Shown here in pieces: positions 1 to 14,753 of a stretch of DNA of 64,000 nt. A program made the translations under genes and the position numbers. Source of the stretch: Eledone cirrhosa (taxonomy: Eukaryota); assembly GCA_964016885.1 (NCBI GenBank), contig OZ024740.1, positions 289,974,001-290,038,000 on the forward strand, written 5' to 3'. Numbering within the stretch: position 1 is the stretch's first letter; every line of letters begins with the position of its first letter. The notes under the pieces are model-generated. The model was not told the DNA's origin. It did not search any database and saw only the letters and a program-made list of their open reading frames with translations.

Positions 1-130
1 ATCATGGTATTCGTTTCAATTTTTCTTTTCATCATTTCAAAGTCGATAAAAATCGTATCGATCCAGTACTGAGATCGATCCCTCCTCTATGTCGCTTTCT
101 CACTTTCACGCTCTCATTATCACTCCGACA

Positions 131-318
131 AGGGCGGTGAATTGGCAGTATTGGTAGAGGGTCAGACATGCTTTCCAGCGTAGTTACGTCCCTTTACGAT
201 CTGAGATCAAATCCCGCCGAGGTTAACTTTGCCGTTCATCCTTACGGGGTCGATAAAATAAAAGTACCAGTAATACACTGGGTACTTGCTGGCCTTGTGC
301 CAAAAGTAGAAACAATTA
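131..318 (+). mobile_element. tRNA-derived SINE (Meta-domain-like central region)
   Basis: A-box-like TGGCAGTATTGG, B-box-like GATCAAATCCC, central GTTAACTTTGCCGTTCATCCTTACGGGGTCGATAAA, tail GGCCTTGTGCCAAAAGTAGAAACAATTAT; about 15 similar copies in window. Confidence 0.9.
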
Positions 319-529
319 TCACTCCCACTCTCTCTTTCTTCAGAAGATATTAACTGTGTTCAGACTGTGAGAGGGATGGACTCCACTAGGCTTAAATGCA
401 TAAATCACGACGGCAGCTCAACGACTCCACCAGGAGCTATAGGGCATGGCTTGTGTGATTTGAGAGGGAGTTGGTTGATACTTTTAACAGATCGACTGAC
501 ACTGTAGCAGTGTCTTCGTTATGTTGATA

Positions 530-1710
530 GGGTGCTGATGGTGGTGGTGGTGGTGGTGGCGGTGGTGGTGGTGATGGTGGTGGTGGTGGTGGTGGTGGTG
601 GTGGTGGTGCTGATGGTAGTGGTGGTGGCGGTGGTGGTTGTGGTGGTGGTGGTGGTGATGATGGTGGTGGTGATGGTGGTGATGGTGGTGGTGGTGGTGA
701 TGGTGGTGGTGCTGATGGTGGTGGTGGTGATGGTGGTGGTGATGGTGGTGGTGCTGATGGTGGTGATGGTGGTGGTGGTGGTGGTGGTGGTCGTGGTGGT
801 AGTGGTGCTGATGGTGGTGATGGTGGTGGTGATGGTGGTGGTGATGGTGGAGGTGGTGGTGCTGATGGTGGTGGTGGTGGTGATGGTGGTGGTGGTGGTG
901 GTGGTGGTGGTGGTGGTGGTGGTGGTGGTGGTGGTGATGGTGGTGGTGGTGCCGATGGTGGTGGTGGTGATGGTGGTGATGGTGGTGGTGGTGGTGGTGG
1001 TGGCGGTGGTGGTGGTGGTGGTGGTGATGATGATGATGGTGGTGGTGGTGTTGGTGGTGGTGGTGATGATTGTGGTGGTGGTGGTGGTGATGATGGTGGC
1101 GGTGGTGGTGGTGGTGGTGGCGGTGGTGGTGGTGGTGGTGGTGGTGGTGATGATGGTGGTGGTGGTGATGATGATGGTGGTGGTGGTGGTGGTGGTGATG
1201 ATGATGGTGGTGGTTTTGGTGGTGATGATGGTTGAGGTGATGGTGGTGATGATGGTAGTGGTGGTGGTGTTGGTGGTGGCAGTGGTGGTGGTGGTGGTGG
1301 TGATGATGGTGGCGGTGGTGGTGGTGGTGATGATGGTGATGGTGGTGGTGGTGGTGGTGGTGGTGATGGTGGTGGTGGTGGTAATGATGGTTGAGGTGAA
1401 GGTGGTGGTGGTGGTGGTGGTGGTGATGATGGTGATGTTGTTGTTGGTGGTGGTGGTGGTGAAAATGGTGGTGGTGGTGATCATGGTTGAGGTGATGGTG
1501 GTGGTGGTGGTGATGTTGGTAGTAGTGATGATGGTGGTGGTGGTGATGGTGGTGACGGTAGTGGTGGTGGTGGTGGTGGTGGTGGTGGTGGTGGTGGTGG
1601 TGGTGGTGGTGGTGGTGGTGGTGATGGTGGTGGTTGTGATGGTGGTGGTGGTGGTGGTGGTGGTGGAGTTGGTAATGGGAGTAGTGGTAGCGGTTGTGTT
1701 TGTGTTGTGG
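530..1710. repeat. (GGT)n microsatellite with GAT/GCT/GGC interruptions
   Basis: Directly visible; produces the poly-V/poly-T ORFs. Confidence 0.98.
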
Positions 1711-1809
1711 TAGTGGGAGGGATGACTGTGTTAGAGTAATCAGCTAAAAGGAAATATAAGATAAAACAACAGCAGCATCTGCAGTAGCAATAGCAGTAGT
1801 AAATACATC

Positions 1810-3745
1810 GGTGATGATGATGATGGTGAAGATGATGGTGATGGTGATGATTATGGGGTGGTGGTGATAATCATAATTTACATGTTGATCGTCTTGTAGT
1901 TTGTTCCTGATGATAATGCTGATGTGGCTGTTTTGTTAATGGTGGTGATGGTAATGGTGGTGATGGTTGTGGTGGTGATGGTGATGATGGTGGTGGTGGT
2001 GGTGATAGTCATGGTGGTGGTGATGATGGTGGTGGTGGTGATAGTCGTGGTGGTGATGGTGATGATGTTGGTGGTGGTGGTAGTGGTGGTGGTGATGATG
2101 GTGGTGGTGATGGTCGGGGTGGTGGTGGTGATGATGGTGGTGATGGTGGTCATGATGGTGGTGGTGGTGATAATGGTGGTGGTGAAGGTGCTGGTGGTGG
2201 TGGTAGTGGTGGTGGTGGTGATGGTGGCGGTCATGATGGTGGTGTTGGTGGTCATGATGGTGGTGGTGGTGATAATGGTGGTGGTGATGGTGCTGGTGGT
2301 GGTGGTAGTGGTGGTGGTGGTGATGGTGGCGGTCATGATGGTGGTGGTGGTGGTCATGATGGTGGTGGTGGTGATAATGGTGGTGGTGATGGTGCTGGTG
2401 GTGGTGGTAGTGGTGGTGGTGGTGATGGTGGCGGTCATGATGGTGGTGGTGGTGGTCATGATGGTGGTGGTGGTGATAATGGTGGTGGTGAAGGTGCTGG
2501 TGGTGGTGGTAGTGGTGGTGGTGGTGATGGTGGCGGTCATGATGGTGGTGAAGGTGGTCATGATGGTGGTGGTGGTGATAATGGTGGTGGTGATGGTGCT
2601 GGTGCTGGTGGTGGTGGTGGTGATGGTGGTCATGATGGTGGTGGTGGTGATAATGGTGGTGGTGATGGTGCTGGTGGTGGTGGTGGTGGTAGTGGTGGTG
2701 GTCATGATGGTGGTGGTGGTGATAATGGTGGTGGTGATGGTGCTGGTGCTGGTGGTGGTGGTGGTGATGGTGGTCATGATGGTGGTGGTGGTGATAATGG
2801 TGGTGGTGATGGTGCTGGTGGTGGTGGTGGTGGTAGTGGTGGTGGTCATGATGGTGGTGGTGGTGATAATGGTGGTGGTGATGGTGCTGGTGGTGGTGGT
2901 GGTGGTAGTGGTGGTGGTCATGATGGTGGTGGTGGTGATAATGGTGGTGGTGATGGTGCTGGTGCTGGTGGTGGTGGTGGTGATGGTGGTCATGATGGTG
3001 GTGGTGGTGATAATGGTGGTGGTGATGGTGCTGGTGCTGGTGGTGGTGGTGGTGATGGTGGTCATGATGGTGGTGGTGGTGATAATGGTGGTGGTGATGG
3101 TGCTGGTGGTGGTGGCGGCGGTGATGATGGTGGTGATGGTGGTCATGATGGTGGTGGTGGTGATAATGCTGGTGGTGATGGTGCTGGTGCTGGTGGTGGA
3201 GGTAGTGGTGGTGGTGGTGATGGTGGTGGTGATGGTGGTGATGGTGGTCATGATGGTGGTGGTGGTGATGATGGCGGTGGTGATGGTGCTGGTGGTGGTG
3301 GTAGTGGTGGTGGTGGTGATGGTTGCGGTCATGATGGTGGTGGTGGTGATAATGCTGGTGGTGATGGTGCTGGTGCTGGTGGTGGAGGTAGTGGTGGTGG
3401 TGGTGATGGTGGTGGTGATGGTGGTGATGGTGGTCATGATGGTGGTGGTGGTGATGATGGCGGTGGTGATGGTGCTGGTGCTGGTGGTGGTGGTAGTGGT
3501 GGTGGTGGTGATGGTGGTGGTGATGGTGGTGATGGTGATCATGAGGGTGATGGTGATGACGATAGTCGATTTGGTGATGACAATGACGACAATGACGATG
3601 ATGATGATGGTAGTGAGGATAATGATGACGATGATGATGATGATGACGATGATGACGTTGATGACGATGACGATAATGATGATGATGATGATAGTAATAA
3701 GGGCGGTGATGATGACGAAGGCTATTAAGATGGTGATAATGGATT
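1810..3745. repeat. (GGT/GAT)n compound repeat with higher-order minisatellite units
   Basis: Recurring anchor GGTCATGATGGTGGTGGTGGTGATAATGGTGG at roughly 57-80 bp spacing; grades into (GAT/GAC)n. Confidence 0.95.
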
Positions 3746-3787
3746 AGGTGTTAACGGTAGAGATTTATTACCTGGGATCAAGAAAGA

Positions 3788-4211
3788 TTATGGTTTCTTA
3801 TATAGGCACAAGGCCAGTAATTTGGGGGGAGGGGAAGTCGATTAAATCGACCCCAGTGCGTGACTGGTACTTTATTTTATCGACCCCATAAGGATGAAAG
3901 GCAAAGTTATCCTCGGCGGGATTTCAGCTCAGAGATCATAAAGAGCCGTAACTCTATGCTACAAAGCATGGCGTCCGACGCTCTACCGATACTGCCAATC
4001 CGCCGCCCTTGTAAACATAATTTTTTCTACTTTTGGCACAAGGCCAGCAATTATCCCAGTGTATTACTGGCACTTTATTTTATCGACCCCGTAAGGATGA
4101 AAGGCAAAGTTAACCTCGGCGGGATTTGAGCTCAGAGATCATAAAGAGCCGTAACTCCATGCTACAAAACATGGCGTCCGACCCTCTACCGATACTGCCA
4201 ATCCGCCGCCC
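3788..4211 (-). mobile_element. Two tandem SINE copies (3788-4008, 4018-4211)
   Basis: Reverse complement of the 131-318 SINE twice, joined by TTGTAAACATAA. Confidence 0.92.
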
Positions 4212-4299
4212 TCAGGAGGAACAAGAAAGATAATAAACTAACAACAGTAATGGCGAAATTTTTATTATTTTCCATCAACATCTGCAGCAGCTTCATCCC

Positions 4300-4352
4300 C
4301 CTCATTACCACCACTGTCATCATCATCATTCTCATTATCATCATTGCTGTCG

Positions 4353-4422
<70 letters not shown>
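4300..4422. repeat. (CAT)n microsatellite
   Basis: Directly visible. Confidence 0.95.
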
Positions 4423-4488
4423 TGTCGACGTCAAAATTGTTGTCGCTATCCACATTATTATTAGTATTATTAATTATTATGTTTACAA

Positions 4489-5665
4489 GGGCGGTGGATT
4501 GGCAGTATCGGTAGAGGGTCGGACGCCATGCTTTGTAGCATAGAGTTACGGCCCTTTCCATTCTGAGTTCAAATCCCGCCGAGGTTAACTTTGCTTTCAT
4601 CCTTACGGGGTCGATAAAATAAAGTACCAGTAATACACTGGCCTTGTACCAAAAGTAGAAACAATTATGTTTACAAGGGCGGTGGATTGGCAGTATCGGT
4701 AGAGCGTCGGACACCATGCTTTGTAGTATAGAGATGCGGCCCTTTATGATCTAAGTTCAAATTCCGCTGAGGTTAGCTTTGCCTTTTATCTTTACTGGGT
4801 CGATAAAATAAAGTTCCAGACACGCCCTGGGCTCGATTTAATCGACTTTCTCCTCCCCTAAATTGCTGGCCTTGTGCCTATGTAAGAAACCATTAGTTTA
4901 AATCCCGCCAAGGTTAACTTTGCCTTTCATCCTTACGGGGTCGATAAAATAAAGTACCAGTAATGCACTGAGTAATTGCTGGCCTTGTGCCAAAAGTAGA
5001 AACAATTATTATGTTTACAAGGAGGGCAGTGGATTGGCAGTATCGGTAGAGGATCGGACACCATGCTTTCCAGCATAGAATTGCGTCCCTTTACGGTCTG
5101 AGTTCAAATCCCGCCGAGATTAACTTTGCCTTTCATCCTTATGGGGTCGATAAAATAAAGTACCAGTAATGCACTGGGATAATTGCTGGCCTTGTGCCAA
5201 AAGTAGAAACAATTATTTTTACAAGGGTGGTGAAATGATTGGAAAAATTGGTGGAGGATAAAATGCTATTGCGGTATTCTGGATTCTTACATTCTGAGTT
5301 CAAATCCTGCCAAGGTCAACTTTTGCCTTTCACCCTTCCAGGTGTTGATAAAATAATGCACTGTCAAATCAATGCCGAACATTTAGATAGCATACTTGGT
5401 CAAACGCTTTATTGTTTGTATTTAGCAGAGTGTTGAGCCGAAAATTATCCGCTATTTCTCTTTAGCATGCATTAGGGCGGTGGATTGGCAGTATCGGTAA
5501 GGGTTGGACGCCATGCTTTGAAGCATAGAGTTACCTCCCTTTATGATCTGAGTTCAAATCCCGCCGAGGTTCACTTTGCCTTTCATCCTTACGGGGTCGA
5601 TAAAATAAAGTACCAGTAATGCACTGGGTAATTGCTGCCCTTGTGCCAAAAGTAGAAACAATTAT
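4489..5665 (+). mobile_element. Head-to-tail array of six SINE copies (4489-4667, 4677-4895, 4898-5012 partial, 5023-5217, 5224-5360 diverged, 5475-5665)
   Basis: Repeated GGGCGGTGGATTGGCAGTATCGGTA heads, GTTCAAATCCC B-boxes and GGGGTCGATAAAATAAAGTACCAG cores. Confidence 0.92.
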
Positions 5666-6609
5666 TTATAAGTAAAGTAGCCGTATCAGGAACATTCGAC
5701 TGATAATACCTGCAGTTCGCTACACAATCATCAAGCATTTTTATAAGAAATAAGTTCGTCTAAATGTTTAAGATGGAGGGAGTGGAGTAGGTTCAAACCA
5801 ACAATTTTAGCTATGAAAACTTTCTTTGTGAATCTAATATCTTCCTTAGTCGTGTGGTAAATAAATATATATATATACACCAGGACTGAACACAATGGAA
5901 CCAAACTCCCACTGCCACTGCATCCGTCTCTATAAGCAAATGGGAGCCCACTCCGTAGCCCTGGCGGACAGAATATGGTGAGGGAGACGCTCTGAAAGCC
6001 ATTCCGGCTATCGAGGCTTACAGGTGTAAGCCTCGATAGCCGGAATGGCGTAGCCAACTCTGTGCCGATGGTGATGAGTAGGGAGGTGGCCCTAGAGCTA
6101 AGGACACCATGAGTCTCCACTGCTATAGGCTCGACCGATATTTAATTATAGGAATGTTCACACAATTTTGTCGATATACACCTCGTGCACCGGCTTATTA
6201 TTTCTCGTATCTGTTTCATTAAGAAATGTATCAAATGTTTATGGTAAAAGTTTGAAGTCTACCGTCATTTGTTGATCTCTTCCTCCAAATATTTCGACAC
6301 ACATCTGCTAAAAGACCGCTCACATGTATGTTTGTTAATCACCATACAATAGCTTATTGCATGCTCTTCACTCTCATCTGAGCTCGCCGAACGGTTTTCG
6401 CCCTTGTATCACTGGTCATGCGTTTTAGCACGAAAAACGAAACCTTTGATTTATCGTTAAAAGAAATGAGTTCTCACTGTCGGGATGTCAGCTGTAATGT
6501 CTCTCCTACAACAAACCCTTGTTAGTCTATCTTGTATTTGTCAACCTTATTTCTTCTTTAAAACTAAATCATGCCTTTCTTACTTTATTTAACTCCAGCC
6601 ACCGTCTAT

Positions 6610-6629
6610 AAACCTTGTGAATTTCCAGT

Positions 6630-6661
<32 letters not shown>

Positions 6662-6737
6662 ATATATATATAAATATGTGTGTGTGCGTGTGTGTGTATA
6701 TGTGTGTGTGTGTTTGTGTTTGTGTGTGTCTGTGTGT

Positions 6738-6781
<44 letters not shown>

Positions 6782-6812
6782 GTGTGTATGTGTGTGTGTG
6801 TGTGTGTGTGTG
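6610..6812. repeat. (CT)(TA)(TG) compound microsatellite
   Basis: Directly visible. Confidence 0.95.
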
Positions 6813-7514
6813 CTTATTCGAGTGGGTGTAAAAAAAAATCGGACATGTGAGATTCTGAGTAACGGTTAGTTAAATTCTCAGCATTGAGTGCTTTTAGTTC
6901 CTCTTTGTTCGCACGATTATTCATGCTCTCCTCCCACTTACTCGCATACACACACAAACACACACACACACACATACAACATATTGTGGTGTTCTAAACG
7001 GTGGTGAGAGATAGTTCAGTGTAGTATAGTTTACTAACGTGTAAGATGGTGAAAGGTTGTGTGGATGCCACGAATCCAATATATTGTTGTGTGCTGTGAT
7101 TTGGTATGGTGTAGTGTGTTGTAATTTTGTACAATGTGTTTTATTCTGGCGCAGGGTGACGTAGAATGGTATATAGTCATATTGTCGTTAAGATGCATGT
7201 TAATCGTGATCGAGCACACCTATGACAAATCACTTTCCAGCTGTGAGCTCCCCGTCTGATTCCTATTTCCAGGGAAGCCAAAATTACCGTTATCTAGCAT
7301 ACCATTTTTATGGCGGTAGCCTGTGATTTGAGGGAGATTAGGCTGATATTTCTGGAAGACCGAGCGAGCACTCAAACTCGCCCTTATTAGTCTGGTATAA
7401 TGTGGTGGCATATTTCTGAGCTAGGCCACCGATCGAATACCACCGATTGAAAGCTGTATCAGCAACTCACCCATGATATGGAAGTAGTCTGGAAAACAAA
7501 CATTAACAAAAGAA

Positions 7515-10500
7515 GCACTACACTACAGCGTCTCCCTACAATACAACACCACTCAACCCTACTCTATATAGCATCACAAAAAACAACGCTGCATTTCATA
7601 CTAATGCAGTACACTGCACCACCACCCTACACTACACTACACTGCACCACCACCACCCTACACTACACTACACTACACCACCTCCCTACACTACAACACC
7701 ACTCTACTCTACTCTATATAGTATCACAGAAAACAACGCTACACTTCATACTACTGCAGTACATTGCACCACCACTACACCAACACCCTACTCTACAATA
7801 AACTTCACTACACAACACTATACTACTCTACTCTATCTAACATCACAGCATACAACATAACACCTCACCACGGCAGTACACTGCACCACCACACTACACC
7901 GCCAGCCTACACAGCACCACTCTACCCTACTCTACATAACATCACAGAAAGCAACGCTACCACTACACTACATCATCACCCTACATTACACTAAACTTCA
8001 CCACACTACACTGCATTACATTACACTACACTACTACCCCGCTCTATATAACATCACAACACACAACGCTACACTTCATACTACTGCAGTACACTGCACC
8101 AACACAGTCCGCCATTACACTACACTAAACTACACTACATTACACTACACTATACCACACTACACTACACTGCACTACACTTCAGTACTCACAACACTAC
8201 ACTACACTACACCACGCTACATTACTACCCCACTCTATATAACATCACAGCACACTATACTACACAACACTACACTACACTACACTACACTACACTACAC
8301 TACACTACACTACACTACACTACACTACACTAAACCACACTACACTACACTACACTACACAACATCACACCAAACTACATTACACTACATTACACTACAC
8401 TACACTAGACTACACTACACCAAACTACACTACACTACACTACACTACACCTCACTACACCGCACTACACTACAATACACTACACTACACCGCGCTACAA
8501 TACTACCCCACTATATATAACATCACAACACACAACACTACACCACACTACACTACACTACACCCCATTACACTACACTACACTACACTACACTACACTA
8601 CACTACACTACACTACACTACAATGCATTGCACTACAGTACACTACACTTCAGTATACCACTACACTACAATACTTCCCCACTCTATATAACACCACAAG
8701 ACACAACACTACACAACACTACACAACACACAATACTACACTACACAACATTACACTACACCACACTACACAATACTACACTACACCACACTACACTACA
8801 CTACAATACTACCCCACTCTATATAACATCACCACACACAATACTACACAACACACAACACTACACAACACACAGCACTACATTACACACAAACACACAA
8901 CACTATAAAACACTACACAACACACAACACTACACTACACACACCACACAACACAATACAACACTACACTACACACTACACTACACACAACAACACACAC
9001 CACAATACAACACTACACAACAAACAGCACTACACTCAAACACACAACACTATACAACACTACACAACACACAACACTACACTACACACAACAATACACA
9101 ACACTACACAACGCTACACAATACACACCACTACACTACACACAAACACACAACACTACACTACACTACACACAACAACACACACCAAAATACAACACTA
9201 CACAACACACAGCACTACACTACACATAAACACACAACACTATACAACATTACACAATACACAATACTACACTACACAACAATTCACAACACTATACAAT
9301 ATTACACAATACACAACACTACACTACACACAACAAAACACAACACTATACAACCCTACACAACCCTACACTACACACTACACACAACAACGCACAACAC
9401 TATACAACACTACACAATACACAACACTACACTACACACAACAACACACAACACTATACAACACTACACAACACACAACACTACACTACACACAAACACA
9501 TAACACTATACAACACTACAAAACACACAACACTACACTACACACAAACACACAACACTACACAACACAACACAACACTACACACAAACACACAACACTA
9601 TACAACACTACACAATACACAGTACTACACTACACACAACAACACAACACTATACAACACTACACAACACACAACACTACACTACACACAAACACATAAC
9701 ACTATACAACACTACACAACACACAACACTACACTACACACAAACACACAACACTACACAACACTACACAACATAACACTACACACAAACACACAACACT
9801 ATACAACACTACACAATACACAACACTACGCTACACACAACAACACAACACTATACAACACTACACAATACACAACACTACACTACACACAACAACACAC
9901 AACACTATACAACACTACACAACACACAACACTACACTACACACAAACACATAACACTATACATCACTACACTACACACAAACACACAACACTATACAAC
10001 ACTACACAACACATAACACTACGCTACACACATCACTACACACAAACACACAACACTACACATCACTACACAACACAACACTACGCACAAACACACAACA
10101 CTATACAACACTACACAACACACAACACTACACTACACACAACAACCACAACACTATACAACACTACACAACACACAGCACTACACTACACACAACAACA
10201 CACAGCACTATACAACACTACACAACACACAGCACTACACTACACACAACAACACACAACACTATACAACACTACACAACACATAACACTACGCTATATA
10301 CACCACTACACACAAACACACAACACTACACAACACTACACAACACAACACTATACTACGCACAAACACACAACACTATACAACACTACACAACACACAA
10401 CACTACACTACACACAACAACCATAACACTATACAACACTACACAACACACAACACTACACTACACACAACAACCATAACACTATACAACACTACACAAC

Positions 10501-11315
10501 ACACAACACTACACTACACACAACAATTCACAGCACTATACAACACACACCACAACACACACCACAATACAACACTACACACAACACTATACAACACTAC
10601 ACAACACACATCACTACACTACACACAAACACACAACACTATACAACACTACACAATACACAACACTACACTACACACAACAACACACAACACTATACAA
10701 CACTACACAATACACAACACTACACTACACACAACAACACACAACACTATACAACACTACACAACACACAACACTACACTACACACAACACTATACAACA
10801 CTACACAACTCATAACACTACGCTATATACACCACTACACACAAACACACAACACTACACAACGCAACACTATACTACGCACAAACACACAACACTATAC
10901 AACACTACACAACACACAACACTACACTACACACAACAACCATAACACTATACAACACTACACAACACACAACACTACACTACACACAACAACCATAACA
11001 CTATACAACACTACACAACACACAACACTACACTACACACAACAATTCACAGCACTATACAACACACACCACAACACACACCACAATACAACACTACACA
11101 CAACACTATACAACACTACACAATACACAACACTACACTGCACACAACAACACACAACACTATACAACACTACACAACACACAACATTACACTACACAAC
11201 ACACAACACTACACTGCACACAACAACACACAACACTATACAACACTACACAACACACAACATTACACTACACAACACACAACACTACACTACACAACAC
11301 ACAACACTACACTAC
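7515..11315. repeat. 3.8-kb (CACTA)n / ACAC-rich compound satellite with higher-order units
   Basis: Pure (CACTA)n near 8270-8620, then recurring ACACTATACAACACTACACAACACACAACACTACACTACACAC units; almost no G on the + strand. Confidence 0.95.
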
Positions 11316-11414
11316 CTAAAGGCTGTCTGACCTCAATAATTCATCATGGAATCTAATGATTCCATAAAACTGTTGATAGAATCACAAATACTCCACACAG
11401 TAGAAGGAAGCATG

Positions 11415-11466
<52 letters not shown>

Positions 11467-11967
11467 CTATAACCATAACTACAGCAATTAATAGGAATAG
11501 CAATAACAACAACAAATACAACAATTACAAACACCTGCACGATAACAACAATAATAAAAACAACCACTGCTGCAGCAGCAGCAACAGTAGCTTTAGCAAC
11601 AGCAGCAGTAGCAGCAGCAGCAATAGGAGCGCTCCATTCTGGTATCTTTATAAAATAATCAATAATGCGCAGATCAGCACGTCTTTTGGCTTCTGTATTC
11701 TATAGAATCTTAGAATCTTCTCTCCCCTCTCTTTCTCACTGTCTCTCACTCTCTCTCTCTCTCTCTCTCTCTCCCTCTTTCTATTCCCCCTCTTTTGCTA
11801 TATCTTTCTATCTCCCTCCCTCTCTCTTTCTCTGTGTGTTTCTCTTTATCTTTCTAGTCATACAGTCACTTTACCTTTTCTATTGAATAGGACTTCTCTT
11901 TTTCCAGCTATCGTAATCTCTCTATCCTCTTTATTCTATAGAATCCTTCTCCACTACCTCCCCTCTC

Positions 11968-12019
<52 letters not shown>

Positions 12020-12435
12020 CACACTGTGGTATATTTCTCCTGCTATCTTGTTCTTCTCCTCCTTCCCTAGTTATCTCTCTCCTTATATATTTTCTATATT
12101 TTAGAACCCTCTATCATGTCATCTCTAATTATTCCTCCTACTCCTTCTCTATAACTTCTATAATACATAGAACAGCAGCAGGGTTTCTTTTTTTCTCATT
12201 CTCTTTTGTATTCTATTTTTATCATCTTTATTCGATACTACATCAACAACAACGATACCACCGCTTCTAATACTATCATTAGAAATACCATTATCATTAT
12301 CACTACCATTACTACCAGGTCCAATGCTATCTCACCTCACACTACCATCAATGCTACCATTATCCCCACCAACTCCACTAAATTCAGTATCCACCACCAC
12401 CACCACAGCCGCCACCAATACCACAACCACTATCC

Positions 12436-12473
<38 letters not shown>

Positions 12474-13385
12474 AAACAACGACCGACGACGTGCCATCCC
12501 TAATTTGAATAAAATTGCAAGAGCTGACAACGGGAATTAATTAATTAATAAAAGAGCTATATAAATGTTAGGGGTATACAAATGTAAGCTAAACTTAAGG
12601 GCTTCACTGTGGAAAGTGAGCATCTTGGTTAAATGTACACATTTAATTCCCATACATATTTAATATGCATTTAGTTTTTATTTTCACCCGATGAATCATT
12701 GTTTTTAAATACACACCATGTAATGTAATCTATGAAAAAAATAACGGATGAATATGTATCAATAACAGTTTGAAAGAAATATATATAATCTGAAAAATAA
12801 GTAATTTGTATTGCATATTTTTTTTTATTTGAGAGATAAAGAAAAAAATATTGTACCCAAAGATGAACGAAATTATAATGATAATAAAAGAAAACCATTT
12901 AAATTAACCAAAGTAAACAAGTAGCCGAGTAATTAGAGTATGGATTCACGATCATAAGGTCATGGGTTTGCGTTGCTCCTACTGTCAAATGTTACGAAGT
13001 GCAGAGAGTATCAGCAATGGAAAATCAAACCGTATCAAAGTTTATTTAGTTCGATCTGAGAACCAGCTTTTTCCCCATTTCTTTCTTTCGTAGTTATTTA
13101 ATTAATTATTGTTATTGTTCCTATTTATCTATATATAAATAGTGACGAAGTAATGAATAGTAACAGCATTCTGCAGAACGATGATGCGATACACATGGAT
13201 AAACTCTGAGTAGAGATTATTTTCACCTAATTATTCTGTAATGATATATATATACATATCCGTTCGGATCTAGCTGTCGAAATGGCCGGAGCTCAGCCGT
13301 CGGGGTCCTGACTCTTTTCCTATATATAGAGAGATGTCCTACACGAGTGAAAGTATAAACAAAAAAGATGAAATCGAAAATGGTT

Positions 13386-13423
13386 CCTTTACCGGTTTCG
13401 CAGTTCTTATGCTTTTCAAAAGT
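13386..13423 (-). ncRNA. Hammerhead ribozyme, U3-A8 family, slightly degenerate
   Basis: Reverse complement reads ACTT-TTGAAAA-GCAT-AAGAA-CTGC-GAAA-CCGG-TA-AAGG. Confidence 0.6.
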
Positions 13424-13457
13424 AGGATTGAGATGGAGGGATTGTGGTTTTTATCGC

Positions 13458-13732
<275 letters not shown>

Positions 13733-14086
13733 TCCCGATGTAAATTGGAAGGCGTCCACTGTCGAAAAGGGTACTCAATACATTAGTCGAGTATACATAT
13801 TCATTTTATTATAGAAATGACTTCTACACGAGTAGAATTGTTTCATTCGCTAGACAACATCAGGAAAGACTATCACACACACACACACTCATACATACAA
13901 CTACACCACACACACGCACACACACATATACATACCGGTTTGTTGGATTGCTGTTAATGCAGGCGCAAATCATGTTCATTCAATATAAGTATCGCGTTCA
14001 TCTTTTTATTGAGCATTCATTCCACTCGATTAAATTACCATCTAGAACACCTGATATACCATACCTGATACACAATCCTAGAACCC

Positions 14087-14536
<450 letters not shown>

Positions 14537-14605
14537 AAAAAGAGATGAAATCGAAAATGCAACTGGAGTCTATTTAAAAAAAAATATATATATATTTATT
14601 TGGTT

Positions 14606-14643
14606 CCTTTACCGGTTTCGCAGTTCTTCTGCTTTTCAAAAGG
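14606..14643 (-). ncRNA. Minimal type I hammerhead ribozyme, U3-A8 variant
   Basis: Exact reverse complement of 14716-14753. Confidence 0.78.
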
Positions 14644-14715
14644 TGAGTTGAGATGGAGGGTCTGTGGTTTTTGTCACAGATGTGAGAAAAACCACAGACC
14701 CTCCATCTCAACTCA

Positions 14716-14753
14716 CCTTTTGAAAAGCAGAAGAACTGCGAAACCGGTAAAGG
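14716..14753 (+). ncRNA. Minimal type I hammerhead ribozyme, U3-A8 variant
   Basis: CCTT (stem I)-TTGAAAA-GCAG/AAGAA/CTGC (stem II)-GAAA-CCGG (palindromic ACCGGT stem III)-TA cleavage-AAGG (stem I). Confidence 0.8.

Noticed and set aside
131-230. tRNA gene
   Set aside because: A/B boxes belong to SINE heads; no cloverleaf or poly-T terminator
519-3747. Long poly-Thr/poly-Val ORFs resembling mucins
   Set aside because: Stop-free frames on both strands are an automatic consequence of (GGT)n; no signal peptide, unique domain or splice evidence
6240-6470. Possible mariner transposase N-terminal relic (also 12670-12900)
   Set aside because: Only faint similarity by eye; needs tBLASTn
8628-9503. 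291-aa H/Y/T-rich ORF
   Set aside because: Translation of the CACTA/ACAC satellite
13825-13870. Possible hammerhead on minus strand (CTGATGT..GAAACAATTCTA)
   Set aside because: A9 altered, stem II and stem I pair poorly
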